This document shows positions 16,361 through 24,894 of a DNA stretch of 46,263 nt, in pieces; the stretch's first letter is position 1; every line of letters starts with the position of its first letter. The stretch lies in assembly GCA_030647325.1 (NCBI GenBank), contig JAUSJN010000011.1, forward strand, positions 1 through 46,263, read 5' to 3'. The notes under the pieces were generated by a model. That model worked only from the letters and a program-made list of their open reading frames with translations, was not told where the DNA came from and did no database searches. This DNA comes from Nanobdellota archaeon (GTDB lineage: Archaea > Nanobdellota > Nanobdellia > Woesearchaeales > GW2011-AR9). A program made the translations under genes and the position numbers.

Positions 16361-18274
16361 ATGGCTAAAAAATCTAAACAATCTAAGGAAAACCAAGAAT
16401 TACAGCAAGGATTACCCTTACCACCAAATATGCCTGCTCTTCCTCCAGAAATGGAGAAAAAACTCAAAGCTATCAAGGAAAAGTTAGACAAATTCAAAGA
16501 AAAAGTTCTGGAAAAATTTGGAGATTATATCGTAGGCATCACCCTGCTGCCGCCTGAAAAGCCGCAAAAAGAAGGCGAACAGCCTAAAGAAGGAGAAGAA
16601 AAATCCAGTCACTCGGTTCGTGACCTTCCTGGAACGCAAGAGAAAAAGGAAGGTGACGAAAACAAAGTCCAGGTCATGGTCGTCGTTGACGATACCACTT
16701 CGCAGAAGATGACCAAGGATGAATTGTTCAATAAATTCTCTTCCGCCATAAAGCAATTAGCTGAAGAAGTGGATAAGGATATCACTCCCCAATGCGCTCT
16801 TTTGACTGACTTATGGCAGAACTGCTACGACGCTAAGTATGATCTGAACCGGCTTATCTCCATGAGCGCGCCTTTGCATGACACCGGAATGTTGGCGGCC
16901 ATCAAGATCGCAGAGATCCACAAGAGCATGGTCATCAAGAAGTTTGAGAAATATATCCTCAGTTATGTCCTGGCCGGCTCTTTGACGCAGGGAAAAGCTA
17001 CCCCTACCTCTGACATCGACGTATGGATCGTCATCGATGATACTGATGTCAAGAAGATGAGCAGGCTGGAGTTGAAAGATAAATTAAGAGCGATCATCAT
17101 CGGCATGGGTGCAGAAGCCGGGGAGATGACCGGGATCAAAAACAAGTTGAATATCCAAGTCTACATCCTGACTGATTTCTGGGAATCATTGAAAGAAGCA
17201 AATCCCATCATCTTCACCTTGCTGAGGGACGGAGTTCCCTTCTACGACCGCGGTATTTTCATGCCCTGGAAGCAGCTGCTGCGCATGGGCAGAATCAAGC
17301 CCAGCCGGGAAGCGATCGACTTATTCATGAACACCGGAGAGCAAAGCATCAGCCGCGTAAAAGGAAGGCTGAAAGAGATGGGCATGGAAGATACTTATTA
17401 TGCGATCTTAACTCCGTCACAGGCAGCGATCATGTTGTATGGACTTCCACCGCCCACGCCGAGAGAAACGCCTGACGTGCTGGAAGAGATCTTTGTCAAA
17501 AAGGAAAAGATGTTAGAGCCGGAGTATGTCAAAATCTTGCGCAACAATGTCGATATCCGCAAGAAGATTGAGCACGGTGATAAAAAAGAATTGAGCGGAA
17601 CAGAATTAGACAAACTCATCACCGATGCAGAAAAGTTCCTGAAACGCATCAAGGAATTATTTACCGAGATCGAAGCGAAGCACGACGAACGGAGCATCAC
17701 CCTGCTGTATGACGAAGTCATGACCATCATCAGGGATGTCTTAAAACTGGAAGGGATCGAAAAAGTCCAGGATGCGCAATTGATCAAATTTTTTGAAGAT
17801 GAATTGATCAGCACCGGAAAAGTGCCGGCGCGATATCTACGCGACCTGAATGAGATCATCGAGGCCAAGCACAAGCATGACCAGAAGAAATTAACCAAGA
17901 CCGATATAGAAAAAGCACGCAAGGGCAGTTCAGGCTTGTTTAAGTTCTTAGTCGAATACATGCAGCGCAAGCGCGGACAGGAATTGGAGCGAGCCAAAGT
18001 AAGAGTAAAGCACGGCGAGAAGTTCGGAGAAGTCACTTTGATGGACACCGTTGCGTTCGTGATCAACGACTTGGATGCCAAAGAACAGCAGATTGAAAAG
18101 GCGCCTATTCGAGCAGATGGAAGTTTAGGGCCTCTAGAGAAAAGTAATCTCGAGGAGTTCGAGAAGGAGTTAGCAAAAGCAAAATTCCCCAAGCGCGTGT
18201 TTGTGAAAGAGCCTTTGTTTGAAAGCCTGAAAGGCATCTTTGGATCTGATGTAGAAGTATTGCTGCAGTATTAA
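16361..18274 (+). CDS. Nucleotidyltransferase (Pol-beta/MNT) - HEPN fusion protein with internal duplication
   Basis: LAGSLTQGKATPTSDIDV NTase motif; HEPN-like YYAIL...QAAIMLYG...RKKIEH; duplicated domain signatures; GGAGG SD. Confidence 0.8.
   Translation: MAKKSKQSKENQELQQGLPLPPNMPALPPEMEKKLKAIKEKLDKFKEKVLEKFGDYIVGITLLPPEKPQKEGEQPKEGEEKSSHSVRDLPGTQEKKEGDENKVQVMVVVDDTTSQKMTKDELFNKFSSAIKQLAEEVDKDITPQCALLTDLWQNCYDAKYDLNRLISMSAPLHDTGMLAAIKIAEIHKSMVIKKFEKYILSYVLAGSLTQGKATPTSDIDVWIVIDDTDVKKMSRLELKDKLRAIIIGMGAEAGEMTGIKNKLNIQVYILTDFWESLKEANPIIFTLLRDGVPFYDRGIFMPWKQLLRMGRIKPSREAIDLFMNTGEQSISRVKGRLKEMGMEDTYYAILTPSQAAIMLYGLPPPTPRETPDVLEEIFVKKEKMLEPEYVKILRNNVDIRKKIEHGDKKELSGTELDKLITDAEKFLKRIKELFTEIEAKHDERSITLLYDEVMTIIRDVLKLEGIEKVQDAQLIKFFEDELISTGKVPARYLRDLNEIIEAKHKHDQKKLTKTDIEKARKGSSGLFKFLVEYMQRKRGQELERAKVRVKHGEKFGEVTLMDTVAFVINDLDAKEQQIEKAPIRADGSLGPLEKSNLEEFEKELAKAKFPKRVFVKEPLFESLKGIFGSDVEVLLQY
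16604..16633. repeat. 30-bp palindromic element in-frame within the NTase gene
   Basis: TCCAG...CTGGA ends with inner GTCAC-7nt-GTGAC hairpin; encodes SSHSVRDLPG inside an E/K-rich linker. Confidence 0.5.
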
Positions 18275-18294
18275 ATGATTTAGAGGAGGACAAA

Positions 18295-18780
18295 ATGGAA
18301 ATTCAAGAAGGACAGATCAACACAGAACGATGGTGGTATAATCGCAGTTCAAGATTATATTTTTTAAGTACAGAGAATGATCCATGTCAAGAATACCGAG
18401 GTACCCTGGTCGCAGGAGACTTTGTGAGATCAAGTTTTTTACAAGTACGGAATGGAGTGCCTTTCAAGTCAGGACTGCAGGAAGTGATCTATTTCTCATT
18501 TTCAAATATCAGAGAGGATTTATCCATAGAAAATGAGACGGTTATGTTTGATCCTTTAACAGGAGTATATCAGATTGACGCGCAAAAATGGAAACATACT
18601 GAAAAGGGCATGCGTTTTCAAGATTTAGAAGATTCTGTCGCTCCGCATATTCTGCATCACAAAGAAAGACTTTATACCGCACCTACCATGAGATCAGAAG
18701 AGCTTGATCCATTGTTCAACATTCTTGGCGAATTACAGAAGGCAAGAAAAGAAAGGAACAGGGGCATGTGGTGGTTGTAA
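18295..18780 (+). CDS. Hypothetical protein
   Basis: GAGGAGG SD; 161 aa; no recognised motif. Confidence 0.7.
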   Translation: MEIQEGQINTERWWYNRSSRLYFLSTENDPCQEYRGTLVAGDFVRSSFLQVRNGVPFKSGLQEVIYFSFSNIREDLSIENETVMFDPLTGVYQIDAQKWKHTEKGMRFQDLEDSVAPHILHHKERLYTAPTMRSEELDPLFNILGELQKARKERNRGMWWL

Positions 18781-18781
18781 A

Positions 18782-19108
18782 ATGAAATATAAACCTACAG
18801 TAGACAGTGGAAAAGTTACGAGATATGAATTTACAGTAGACAGTAAAGAAGTGCTGGCGCAAAAAGGAGATTTTTCTTTTGTAGTTGGGATAACCAAAGG
18901 AGTGGATCCTAACCAAGTGCGTAGCGCATTGGATCAAATATCTCCCAATATAGGTTACGCCACCTATATGAGGGTGTTAAACAATCTAGGCTGTGTGACT
19001 GACCAGAAAACCTGGGCGGAACAATTTGGCGGAAAGATACCTCCCGGATTAGAAAAATTAGTATATAGCATCCATCCTAATATACCAAGATGGCGCAATG
19101 TGGATTGA
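18782..19108 (+). CDS. Hypothetical protein
   Basis: ATG 1 nt after the upstream stop (start moved from 18704); MKYKPTVDSG... Confidence 0.65.
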   Translation: MKYKPTVDSGKVTRYEFTVDSKEVLAQKGDFSFVVGITKGVDPNQVRSALDQISPNIGYATYMRVLNNLGCVTDQKTWAEQFGGKIPPGLEKLVYSIHPNIPRWRNVD

Positions 19109-19110
19109 AG

Positions 19111-19500
19111 ATGAATTGGGAAACATACAAAGGGAATAATCCTGCCGTTGAAGGAGGGGAAGGATTTTGGACAGATACTCCTTACAAATTGCCTTTGATA
19201 GGTCATCCCATAAAAGGTTTCTTTAATATTGAAGGAACACGTATCAATGCTATAGGCCACGTCTGGTTACCTGAACAAGAAGAGCCGGGATTTTCTTATT
19301 ATCTCTTTGACAGAAGCGGAGAAATTTACAGCCTGCACGAGACCAGAAGGATTGTCACTCATTTTCAAGAAAAAATCAAGGGGGATCTTTCTGAAAAATT
19401 GATTATCTTAGCGATGGATTTCCGAAAGAAATATCCAGAGTATCAACGATTCTTAGATCATTGCATGCATGATGTACAAAAATCAACAGAGAAAAGATAA
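19111..19500 (+). CDS. Hypothetical protein
   Basis: ATG 2 nt after the upstream stop (start moved from 19090); MNWETYKG... Confidence 0.6.
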   Translation: MNWETYKGNNPAVEGGEGFWTDTPYKLPLIGHPIKGFFNIEGTRINAIGHVWLPEQEEPGFSYYLFDRSGEIYSLHETRRIVTHFQEKIKGDLSEKLIILAMDFRKKYPEYQRFLDHCMHDVQKSTEKR

Positions 19501-19512
19501 AAACATCCTGAT

Positions 19513-20361
19513 CTATTTTTGAATCACATAGAATAATTCATTGGGAAATTCCAGAATCGTATATTCATATCCCAATCTTTTGCACAACCATTCCATCCAG
19601 CTTCGTCGGGGAGCAGTCATCTTTTTGCCGCTCATGGTCTTAGTGGCGAAACTTACCACGATATATCTGGCCGGAATTCTCTTCAGTAATTCTTCGGTTC
19701 TTTTATGCCCTTTTCCCTGATCGATGACATCGGTCATCTTGAAGAGCAAGCAAAGGTCTGCTTTCGGCAAAGTTATAGTAAGGATGTCTGCGACCATCGC
19801 TTTTCCGGTAAAAGAAGGATTTTCTTTCTTTAGTAAAGCGAAGTACTTATTGATCGCTTCGATCTCTTCTTCGTCAATGTCATACGCATAGTAGGTGCAT
19901 CCTTTCAGTTTCAGATATGAAAAGGAAAAAGGATTGATGCCGCAGCCAAGATCAAGGATCGTTTTTGGTTTTCCGCTGATCGCAAATATCTTAGAGTATA
20001 ATGGCTCGTAGATAGGCAAGCGTTCCTGGGTAGAGGAATGAGTAGAAAGGATCTGCTGGATAAGAGCAGCTCTGGTCGCGGATGGCGCTTTCAGTAATAC
20101 CTCAACGATGCTTTTCCGTTCTTTCGCATCATCGCGGAAAAGACCGTAGACTCTTCTCAGCTGGGCGCGAACATATTTAATTACCGAAACATAGGCTTTT
20201 GATCTAGAGTTAAATTTTTCTTGCAAAGATTTCAGCAAGGCAGGTTCCTGATGAAGATATTTTATCAGGTAGCGCTCTACAAAATCATCATCGATGCTCT
20301 GCAATTCTTTTTTTTTCTTGATATCTTCAATAAGGACAGCGATTTTTCCTTTTTCTAACAT
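19513..20361 (-). CDS. ArmA/Rmt/Sgm (FmrO) family 16S rRNA m7G1405 methyltransferase-like protein
   Basis: HSSTQERL, ILDLGCGINPFS, YYAYDID, ADLCLLFK and VVSFATKTMSGK match the family motifs H(A/S)STxER, DxxCGxNP, SFPxxSLxG. Confidence 0.8.
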   Translation of the reverse strand: MLEKGKIAVLIEDIKKKKELQSIDDDFVERYLIKYLHQEPALLKSLQEKFNSRSKAYVSVIKYVRAQLRRVYGLFRDDAKERKSIVEVLLKAPSATRAALIQQILSTHSSTQERLPIYEPLYSKIFAISGKPKTILDLGCGINPFSFSYLKLKGCTYYAYDIDEEEIEAINKYFALLKKENPSFTGKAMVADILTITLPKADLCLLFKMTDVIDQGKGHKRTEELLKRIPARYIVVSFATKTMSGKKMTAPRRSWMEWLCKRLGYEYTILEFPNELFYVIQK

Positions 20362-20422
20362 ACCCGAGATAAATACTCCTCGTTATAAAAAGCTTTTTAA
20401 AGCAGAAAAGAATAAGTAGGCT

Positions 20423-21076
20423 ATGGAAAAAAGCTGGAAACTGCGGTGGAAAAAAGCATGGCAGTTCTTTTGGCATAGTGATTCTTTTGCCAGCTGGGTG
20501 GCTAATGTAGTTGTAGCATTCTTAGTGATCAGGTATATTCTCTATCCTGTACTGGGAATCGTCTTGGGGACCAGTTTCCCGATCGTGGCAGTGGTCAGTG
20601 AAAGCATGGAGCATGGACTGCATGACGGAAAATTATGTGGAAATCATTATGACAATTTTAAGGGATCATTTGACAATTATTGGGAAGTATGCGGAAGCTG
20701 GTATGAAGAACAGGGGATATACAAACAGCAATTTAGAGCTTTTCCTTTTCCCAACGGTTTTGATAAAGGTGATGTTATCCTGCTTTGGAGAGCAAATAGG
20801 GATAATCTTGAAGTAGGCGATATTTTAATCTTTCAAGGAAACAGGCCGCAGCCATTGATCCATAGGGTAGTAAAGACCTGGGAAGAGAGCGGTGAGCAGT
20901 TCTATCAGACCAAAGGAGACCACAACGGCGGTATCATCACCGGCGAGGGCGGGGAAGAGCAGATCAGCGAAGAGAGGATTTATGGGCAGGGCCTGCTGCG
21001 AGTACCTTATCTAGGCTGGGTGAAGATCTTGTTTGTGGACTTAGTTAGGCCGTTAGGATGGAATATACAAAGGTAA
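20423..21076 (+). CDS. Signal peptidase I (Sec11-type)
   Basis: N-terminal TM; VVSESME catalytic Ser; IHRV catalytic His; TKGDHN; PYLGW. Confidence 0.92.
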   Translation: MEKSWKLRWKKAWQFFWHSDSFASWVANVVVAFLVIRYILYPVLGIVLGTSFPIVAVVSESMEHGLHDGKLCGNHYDNFKGSFDNYWEVCGSWYEEQGIYKQQFRAFPFPNGFDKGDVILLWRANRDNLEVGDILIFQGNRPQPLIHRVVKTWEESGEQFYQTKGDHNGGIITGEGGEEQISEERIYGQGLLRVPYLGWVKILFVDLVRPLGWNIQR

Positions 21077-21143
21077 ACTATATAAATAACCAACTGATTT
21101 CTGAATAAAATAACAAGAGCTTATACAGCTCAGGTGAAGATAT

Positions 21144-21455
21144 ATGTTCTGTCCGACATGCGGTTCAATATTGCGGCCGAAAGATAAGGCCGGAAAGAAA
21201 GTTCTTTTCTGCAGCTGCGGCTTTACGAAAGCTCCGGATGAAGAGACTACCGAGCTGAAAGAAAAGGTAAAGGGATCTAAAAAGATTGAAGTTTTAGAGC
21301 AGCTAGAGACCAATCCTAAGATCAAGACCCCTTGCCCTAAATGCGTGAATAAAATAGCGTACTTCTGGACCCAACAAACCCGAGGCGCAGACGAACCGGA
21401 AACCAGATTCTTTAAGTGCACCAAATGCAATTATACCTGGAGAGAATATTCATAA
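21144..21455 (+). CDS. tfs: Transcription factor S (TFS/RpoM family)
   Basis: MFCPTCG...CSCG; CPKC...QTRGADEPETRFFKCTKC with intact acidic DE tip. Confidence 0.95.
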   Translation: MFCPTCGSILRPKDKAGKKVLFCSCGFTKAPDEETTELKEKVKGSKKIEVLEQLETNPKIKTPCPKCVNKIAYFWTQQTRGADEPETRFFKCTKCNYTWREYS

Positions 21456-21967
21456 TGGCCTCGCCAAAGGAAATGCTAGCCAAGATCGATAAAAGTAAAG
21501 AGTGCAAGGCCTGGAAACAAAAGCATCCCAAAGGGTATCTTTCTCATTTCTTTTGTCCCATCAGTGTTGATTGTGAATTGAAAAGTGACTGGGAAATAGG
21601 CTTCTATGATCCTGATTCAGAAAAGATGACTGTATTTGCGTGCGGTGAGAAAGTAACCGTAAAAGAGAATGAGGATGATGTTTTTAAGAAACCAGAGCAG
21701 CGGGTGGAAGAACTGGATATCGACCCAGTGAAGATTGATTTTGCCAAAGCAGTAGATGTTTTTGCCGAACGGGTGGAAGAATTATTTCCCAAAGCAGGCC
21801 GAGGGGACGGATTTGTGATCCTACAGAATTTAGACCAAAAGCCATTATGGAACCTTACGTTTATCACCAGAGATATAAAGTTCATCAACATTAAGATCAA
21901 TGCAGAAACAGGAAAGATAGATTCTCATCTGAGCATGGATATGATCGACAAAGGACAGAAATACTAA
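21455..21967 (+). CDS. Conserved hypothetical protein (C-terminal PepSY-like pattern)
   Basis: TAATG overlap with tfs; W-x-L-x-F...IKINAETGKI resembles PepSY. Confidence 0.75.
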   Translation: MASPKEMLAKIDKSKECKAWKQKHPKGYLSHFFCPISVDCELKSDWEIGFYDPDSEKMTVFACGEKVTVKENEDDVFKKPEQRVEELDIDPVKIDFAKAVDVFAERVEELFPKAGRGDGFVILQNLDQKPLWNLTFITRDIKFINIKINAETGKIDSHLSMDMIDKGQKY

Positions 21968-22061
21968 TCTCTTTTTTTGATAGCAATTATTGAAAGAGTA
22001 TAGTTTCCATATCAACAGTCCTTATATACTTCAACGCTTTCTTTTTTTAAGATAGGTGTTT

Positions 22062-22132
22062 AAAAGAGAGGTAACGAAGGATTACATCCTTCGGGACCTT
22101 TTTTGAGTGCAAAAGCGCTCAAAAAGAGGTGA
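22062..22132 (+). promoter_or_regulatory. Structured 5' leader with alternative hairpins overlapping the SD
   Basis: CGAAGGAT/ATCCTTCG and TTTTTGAGTGC/GCGCTCAAAAA stems; SD GAGGTGA at 22126-32; TATA CTTATATA at 22021. Confidence 0.55.
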
Positions 22133-22141
22133 TAGATTTTT

Positions 22142-22327
22142 ATGTCTAAATCTACGACTAAAAAAATTTCTTTTAAAGGACAAGCCAAGTGCAAGAAGCT
22201 AGAAGTATTTTTTCCTGAAGACATCTCACCTTTAGATGAGAAGTCAAATCACTCCGTTCCATTCCAGAAGAATGCTCCGAACAATGGTGAGGTTGGTGAC
22301 GTTCCTAGCGGAACGAAAGAAGAATAA
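22142..22327 (+). CDS. Small hypothetical protein (61 aa)
   Basis: Perfect GAGGTGA SD, but the 3' half is built of palindromic sequence, so coding status is uncertain. Confidence 0.45.
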   Translation: MSKSTTKKISFKGQAKCKKLEVFFPEDISPLDEKSNHSVPFQKNAPNNGEVGDVPSGTKEE

Positions 22328-22330
22328 ATC

Positions 22331-22975
22331 TTATTGATATCCGTATAATTCGTTCACTTCTTGTTGGATTTCTTTGGCGATGACTTCTATTGATTGAGAT
22401 CCGTCGATCACCACTATCTTTTCCGAAGAGCTTAATTTTTGCAGGGTAAGAAGATACTTCTCACGGACTTTCTCTTGAAAAGTAAGAGCTTCAAAATACT
22501 CCTGAGTCCGCTGTGAGTCTTTTCCCATCCTCTGTTGAGCTTTCTCCACCGGAGTATCCAGAAAAATAGTCAGGTCGGGAATCCTCATCTCCTGATGGAG
22601 TTCGATCAATTCATCTATATCCTTGCCCTGCGCAGATTGATAGGCGATAGTGGAATGCTTATATCGGTCAGAGATCACCTGCAGACCTAAACGCAGACTT
22701 GGGACGATGAGATTATCGTGATGCCATTGCCGATCTTTGATGAAAAGGCCAGCCCAATAGTCTGGATCGTTGATGATCTCTTCCCCAGGCAATAAACTAC
22801 CGTTCAGCCGACGGCGGAGTTCCTTACCATAAGGAGATAATTGGGTCGGTTCACGGGTAAGCACCGGAACATTTTTTTTAAGTTTATCAAAAAGGTATTT
22901 CACTAGCAACGGCCCCTGTGTGCTGGTGCCGGCGCCATCTATCCCTTCTAATACTATAAACTTGCCTTCGTCCAC
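22331..22975 (-). CDS. tmk: Thymidylate kinase
   Basis: FIVLEGIDGAGTSTQ, TREP, VISDRY, AYQ, PDLTIFLD; GTG start with AAGGTGA SD. Confidence 0.95.
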   Translation of the reverse strand: MDEGKFIVLEGIDGAGTSTQGPLLVKYLFDKLKKNVPVLTREPTQLSPYGKELRRRLNGSLLPGEEIINDPDYWAGLFIKDRQWHHDNLIVPSLRLGLQVISDRYKHSTIAYQSAQGKDIDELIELHQEMRIPDLTIFLDTPVEKAQQRMGKDSQRTQEYFEALTFQEKVREKYLLTLQKLSSSEKIVVIDGSQSIEVIAKEIQQEVNELYGYQ

Positions 22976-22991
22976 TCTATCACCTTACTGA

Positions 22992-23516
22992 TTATGGAAC
23001 TATCTTTTTATACGTCACAAACGAATATCCTTGCTTATCTTCCCGTTTCTTCTCTTCCCATTGCGCTAAATCTATTTTCGGGAAATAACGCATATTTTTA
23101 CCCGGCGGAACTTGCTGATCAACGTGAGTTATCTCCAAGGAAGTCGCATAGGGCATGGCCGCTTCATAGACTTGCTGCCCGCCGCCGATGAAAATCTTGG
23201 AGTAATCAATCCCACCGCTGTGGACACTTCGTTCCTGTAAAACATCAAGAGCATCTTCTAAAGAACGCGCAACGTATACTCCTTTCTCACCGAATGAAAG
23301 ATTGTTGGTAAGCACCACATTATGCCGGTTGGGGAGAGGACGGAATTTCTGTGGGATTGATTCATAGGTGACTCGCCCCATAACGACGGGATGAGGCGTG
23401 GTCAATTTTGCAAAACGTCTCATATCTTCCGGTAATCTCCAAGGGATTTTCCCTTCTATGCCGATGACATTATTCTGCGAAACTGCGGCTATCAAGATTA
23501 TTTCTGGTTGTTTCAT
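22992..23516 (-). CDS. folA: Dihydrofolate reductase
   Basis: IAAVSQNNVIG, IPWRLPEDM, VVMGRVTYESI, RPLPNR, FIGGGQ; start moved to ATG 23516 (AGGAGG SD). Confidence 0.96.
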   Translation of the reverse strand: MKQPEIILIAAVSQNNVIGIEGKIPWRLPEDMRRFAKLTTPHPVVMGRVTYESIPQKFRPLPNRHNVVLTNNLSFGEKGVYVARSLEDALDVLQERSVHSGGIDYSKIFIGGGQQVYEAAMPYATSLEITHVDQQVPPGKNMRYFPKIDLAQWEEKKREDKQGYSFVTYKKIVP

Positions 23517-23530
23517 GTTTTCTCCTCCTG

Positions 23531-23608
23531 TCAAAATAGGACCGGCAAAATTTGCCAGCCTAATTTTGATCACGCAAGAAATGAGATAGTTTTCTCATTT
23601 CTCCGCGT
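23531..23608. other. Tandem hairpins filling the thyA-folA spacer
   Basis: TCAAAA-TAGG..GGCAAA/TTTGCC..CCTA-TTTTGA and AGAAATGAGA/TCTCATTTCT. Confidence 0.55.
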
Positions 23609-24475
23609 TTATACTGCGATCGGGAATTTGATGAAGGGATGATGTTGATAATCAATAACTTTTGTATTGGTGTACTGCCAATCAAAGATGGAACTGAAAT
23701 TTTCTGTCTTAAGAGAGGGCAAAGGATATGGTTTTCTGCTGGCCTGTTCTTCTGCGCCTTTCGCATGATTTACATAGATCTGGGTATCACTTAGGTTGCC
23801 GACCAGCGTCCCTTCTTTATATCCGGTCTCTTTTGCCAGCAGATGAAGTAAAGTAGCATAACTGGCAATATTAAATGGCAGGCCCAGCATCACATCGACT
23901 GAACGTTGATTCCAGGCAAGATGAAGTTTCCTGTCAAAAATATCCACCTGAAAACTATAATGGCAAGGCGGCAGGCCCATCTGATCCAATTGAACAGGAT
24001 TCCAAGCTGAAACGATCATCCTTCTATCATGGGGATTAGTTTTTATGGTCTTTACTAAGGTAGCAAGTTGATCGACACCTTGACCGGTGTAATCAGCATC
24101 TAAACCTTTATACTCAGCGCCGAAATGCCGCCACTGAAAGCCGTAAATAGGACCTAAGTCGCACTCCTCGGCCATCTTTCTTTTTGTTTCTGGATCCTGG
24201 CCGTAGGGAACTTTCTGCGGATTACACCATTCATTCCAGATAGGATTTTTCCGCTCATGTAACCAGCGCTTATCAGTCAAACCTTTCATAAAAAATTCTA
24301 ACTCTGAACTCACATTCTCATATTTAACTTTTTTCGTGGTCAGCAAAGGAAAGCCATCGGCCATATCATGCTCAAATTTTTCTCCAAAAATAGTCAGGGT
24401 ATCTACACCAGTACGATTCTCTTTTCGCACTCCCTTTTTGAGAACTCTCTTAACGATTTCTAAGTAAGCATCCAT
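23609..24475 (-). CDS. thyA: Thymidylate synthase (ThyA, bacterial-like)
   Basis: NRTGV, GFPLLTTKK, LGPIYGFQWR, RRMIVSAWNP, LPPCH, QRSVD, GLPFNIASY. Confidence 0.97.
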   Translation of the reverse strand: MDAYLEIVKRVLKKGVRKENRTGVDTLTIFGEKFEHDMADGFPLLTTKKVKYENVSSELEFFMKGLTDKRWLHERKNPIWNEWCNPQKVPYGQDPETKRKMAEECDLGPIYGFQWRHFGAEYKGLDADYTGQGVDQLATLVKTIKTNPHDRRMIVSAWNPVQLDQMGLPPCHYSFQVDIFDRKLHLAWNQRSVDVMLGLPFNIASYATLLHLLAKETGYKEGTLVGNLSDTQIYVNHAKGAEEQASRKPYPLPSLKTENFSSIFDWQYTNTKVIDYQHHPFIKFPIAV

Positions 24476-24558
24476 CTCAAAGAGAGAAAAATAACGTCTT
24501 TAAAACCATTTAGGAGCTGGAAAATAGTAATTAAAATTCATTATCACTAGAAAGTAAT

Positions 24559-24686
24559 TTATATTATTTCCAACACTTTCTCTCCCAACCTTTTGATAAA
24601 AGGTTGATCAAAATCACTCAAGTGGGACTTCACTACGTTCAATCCCACGACTTCTTCCTATTAAATACATTCCAACACCTTCTCTC
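24559..24686 (-). repeat. Duplicated 3' end of the DUF167 gene flanking two hairpins
   Basis: 24661-24686 vs 24559-24584 match at 21/26 nt (EKVLECI* vs EKVLEII*); hairpins at 24586-24606 and 24622-24648. Confidence 0.65.
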
Positions 24687-24894
24687 TGTTTGTTTCTCCT
24701 GATTTGATACGCACAGAAAGTTTGTATTCTTTCTTAAAAAATTTTATCAATTCCAGATTTGCTTTGTTCTTTTCAGGAGCAGCTTTGAGGTATAATTTTA
24801 GTTTCCCACTTTCTTCTATTAATTCTGTCCGGCCAGCATGAGGGATGACTTTAATCTTTAATCTACCATTCTCAAGATGCTTACTGATGTCCAT
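24661..24894 (-). CDS. DUF167 / UPF0235 (YggU) family protein
   Basis: IKVIPHA...LKAAPEKNKANLELIKFF...IKSGETNREK. Confidence 0.9.
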   Translation of the reverse strand: MDISKHLENGRLKIKVIPHAGRTELIEESGKLKLYLKAAPEKNKANLELIKFFKKEYKLSVRIKSGETNREKVLECI

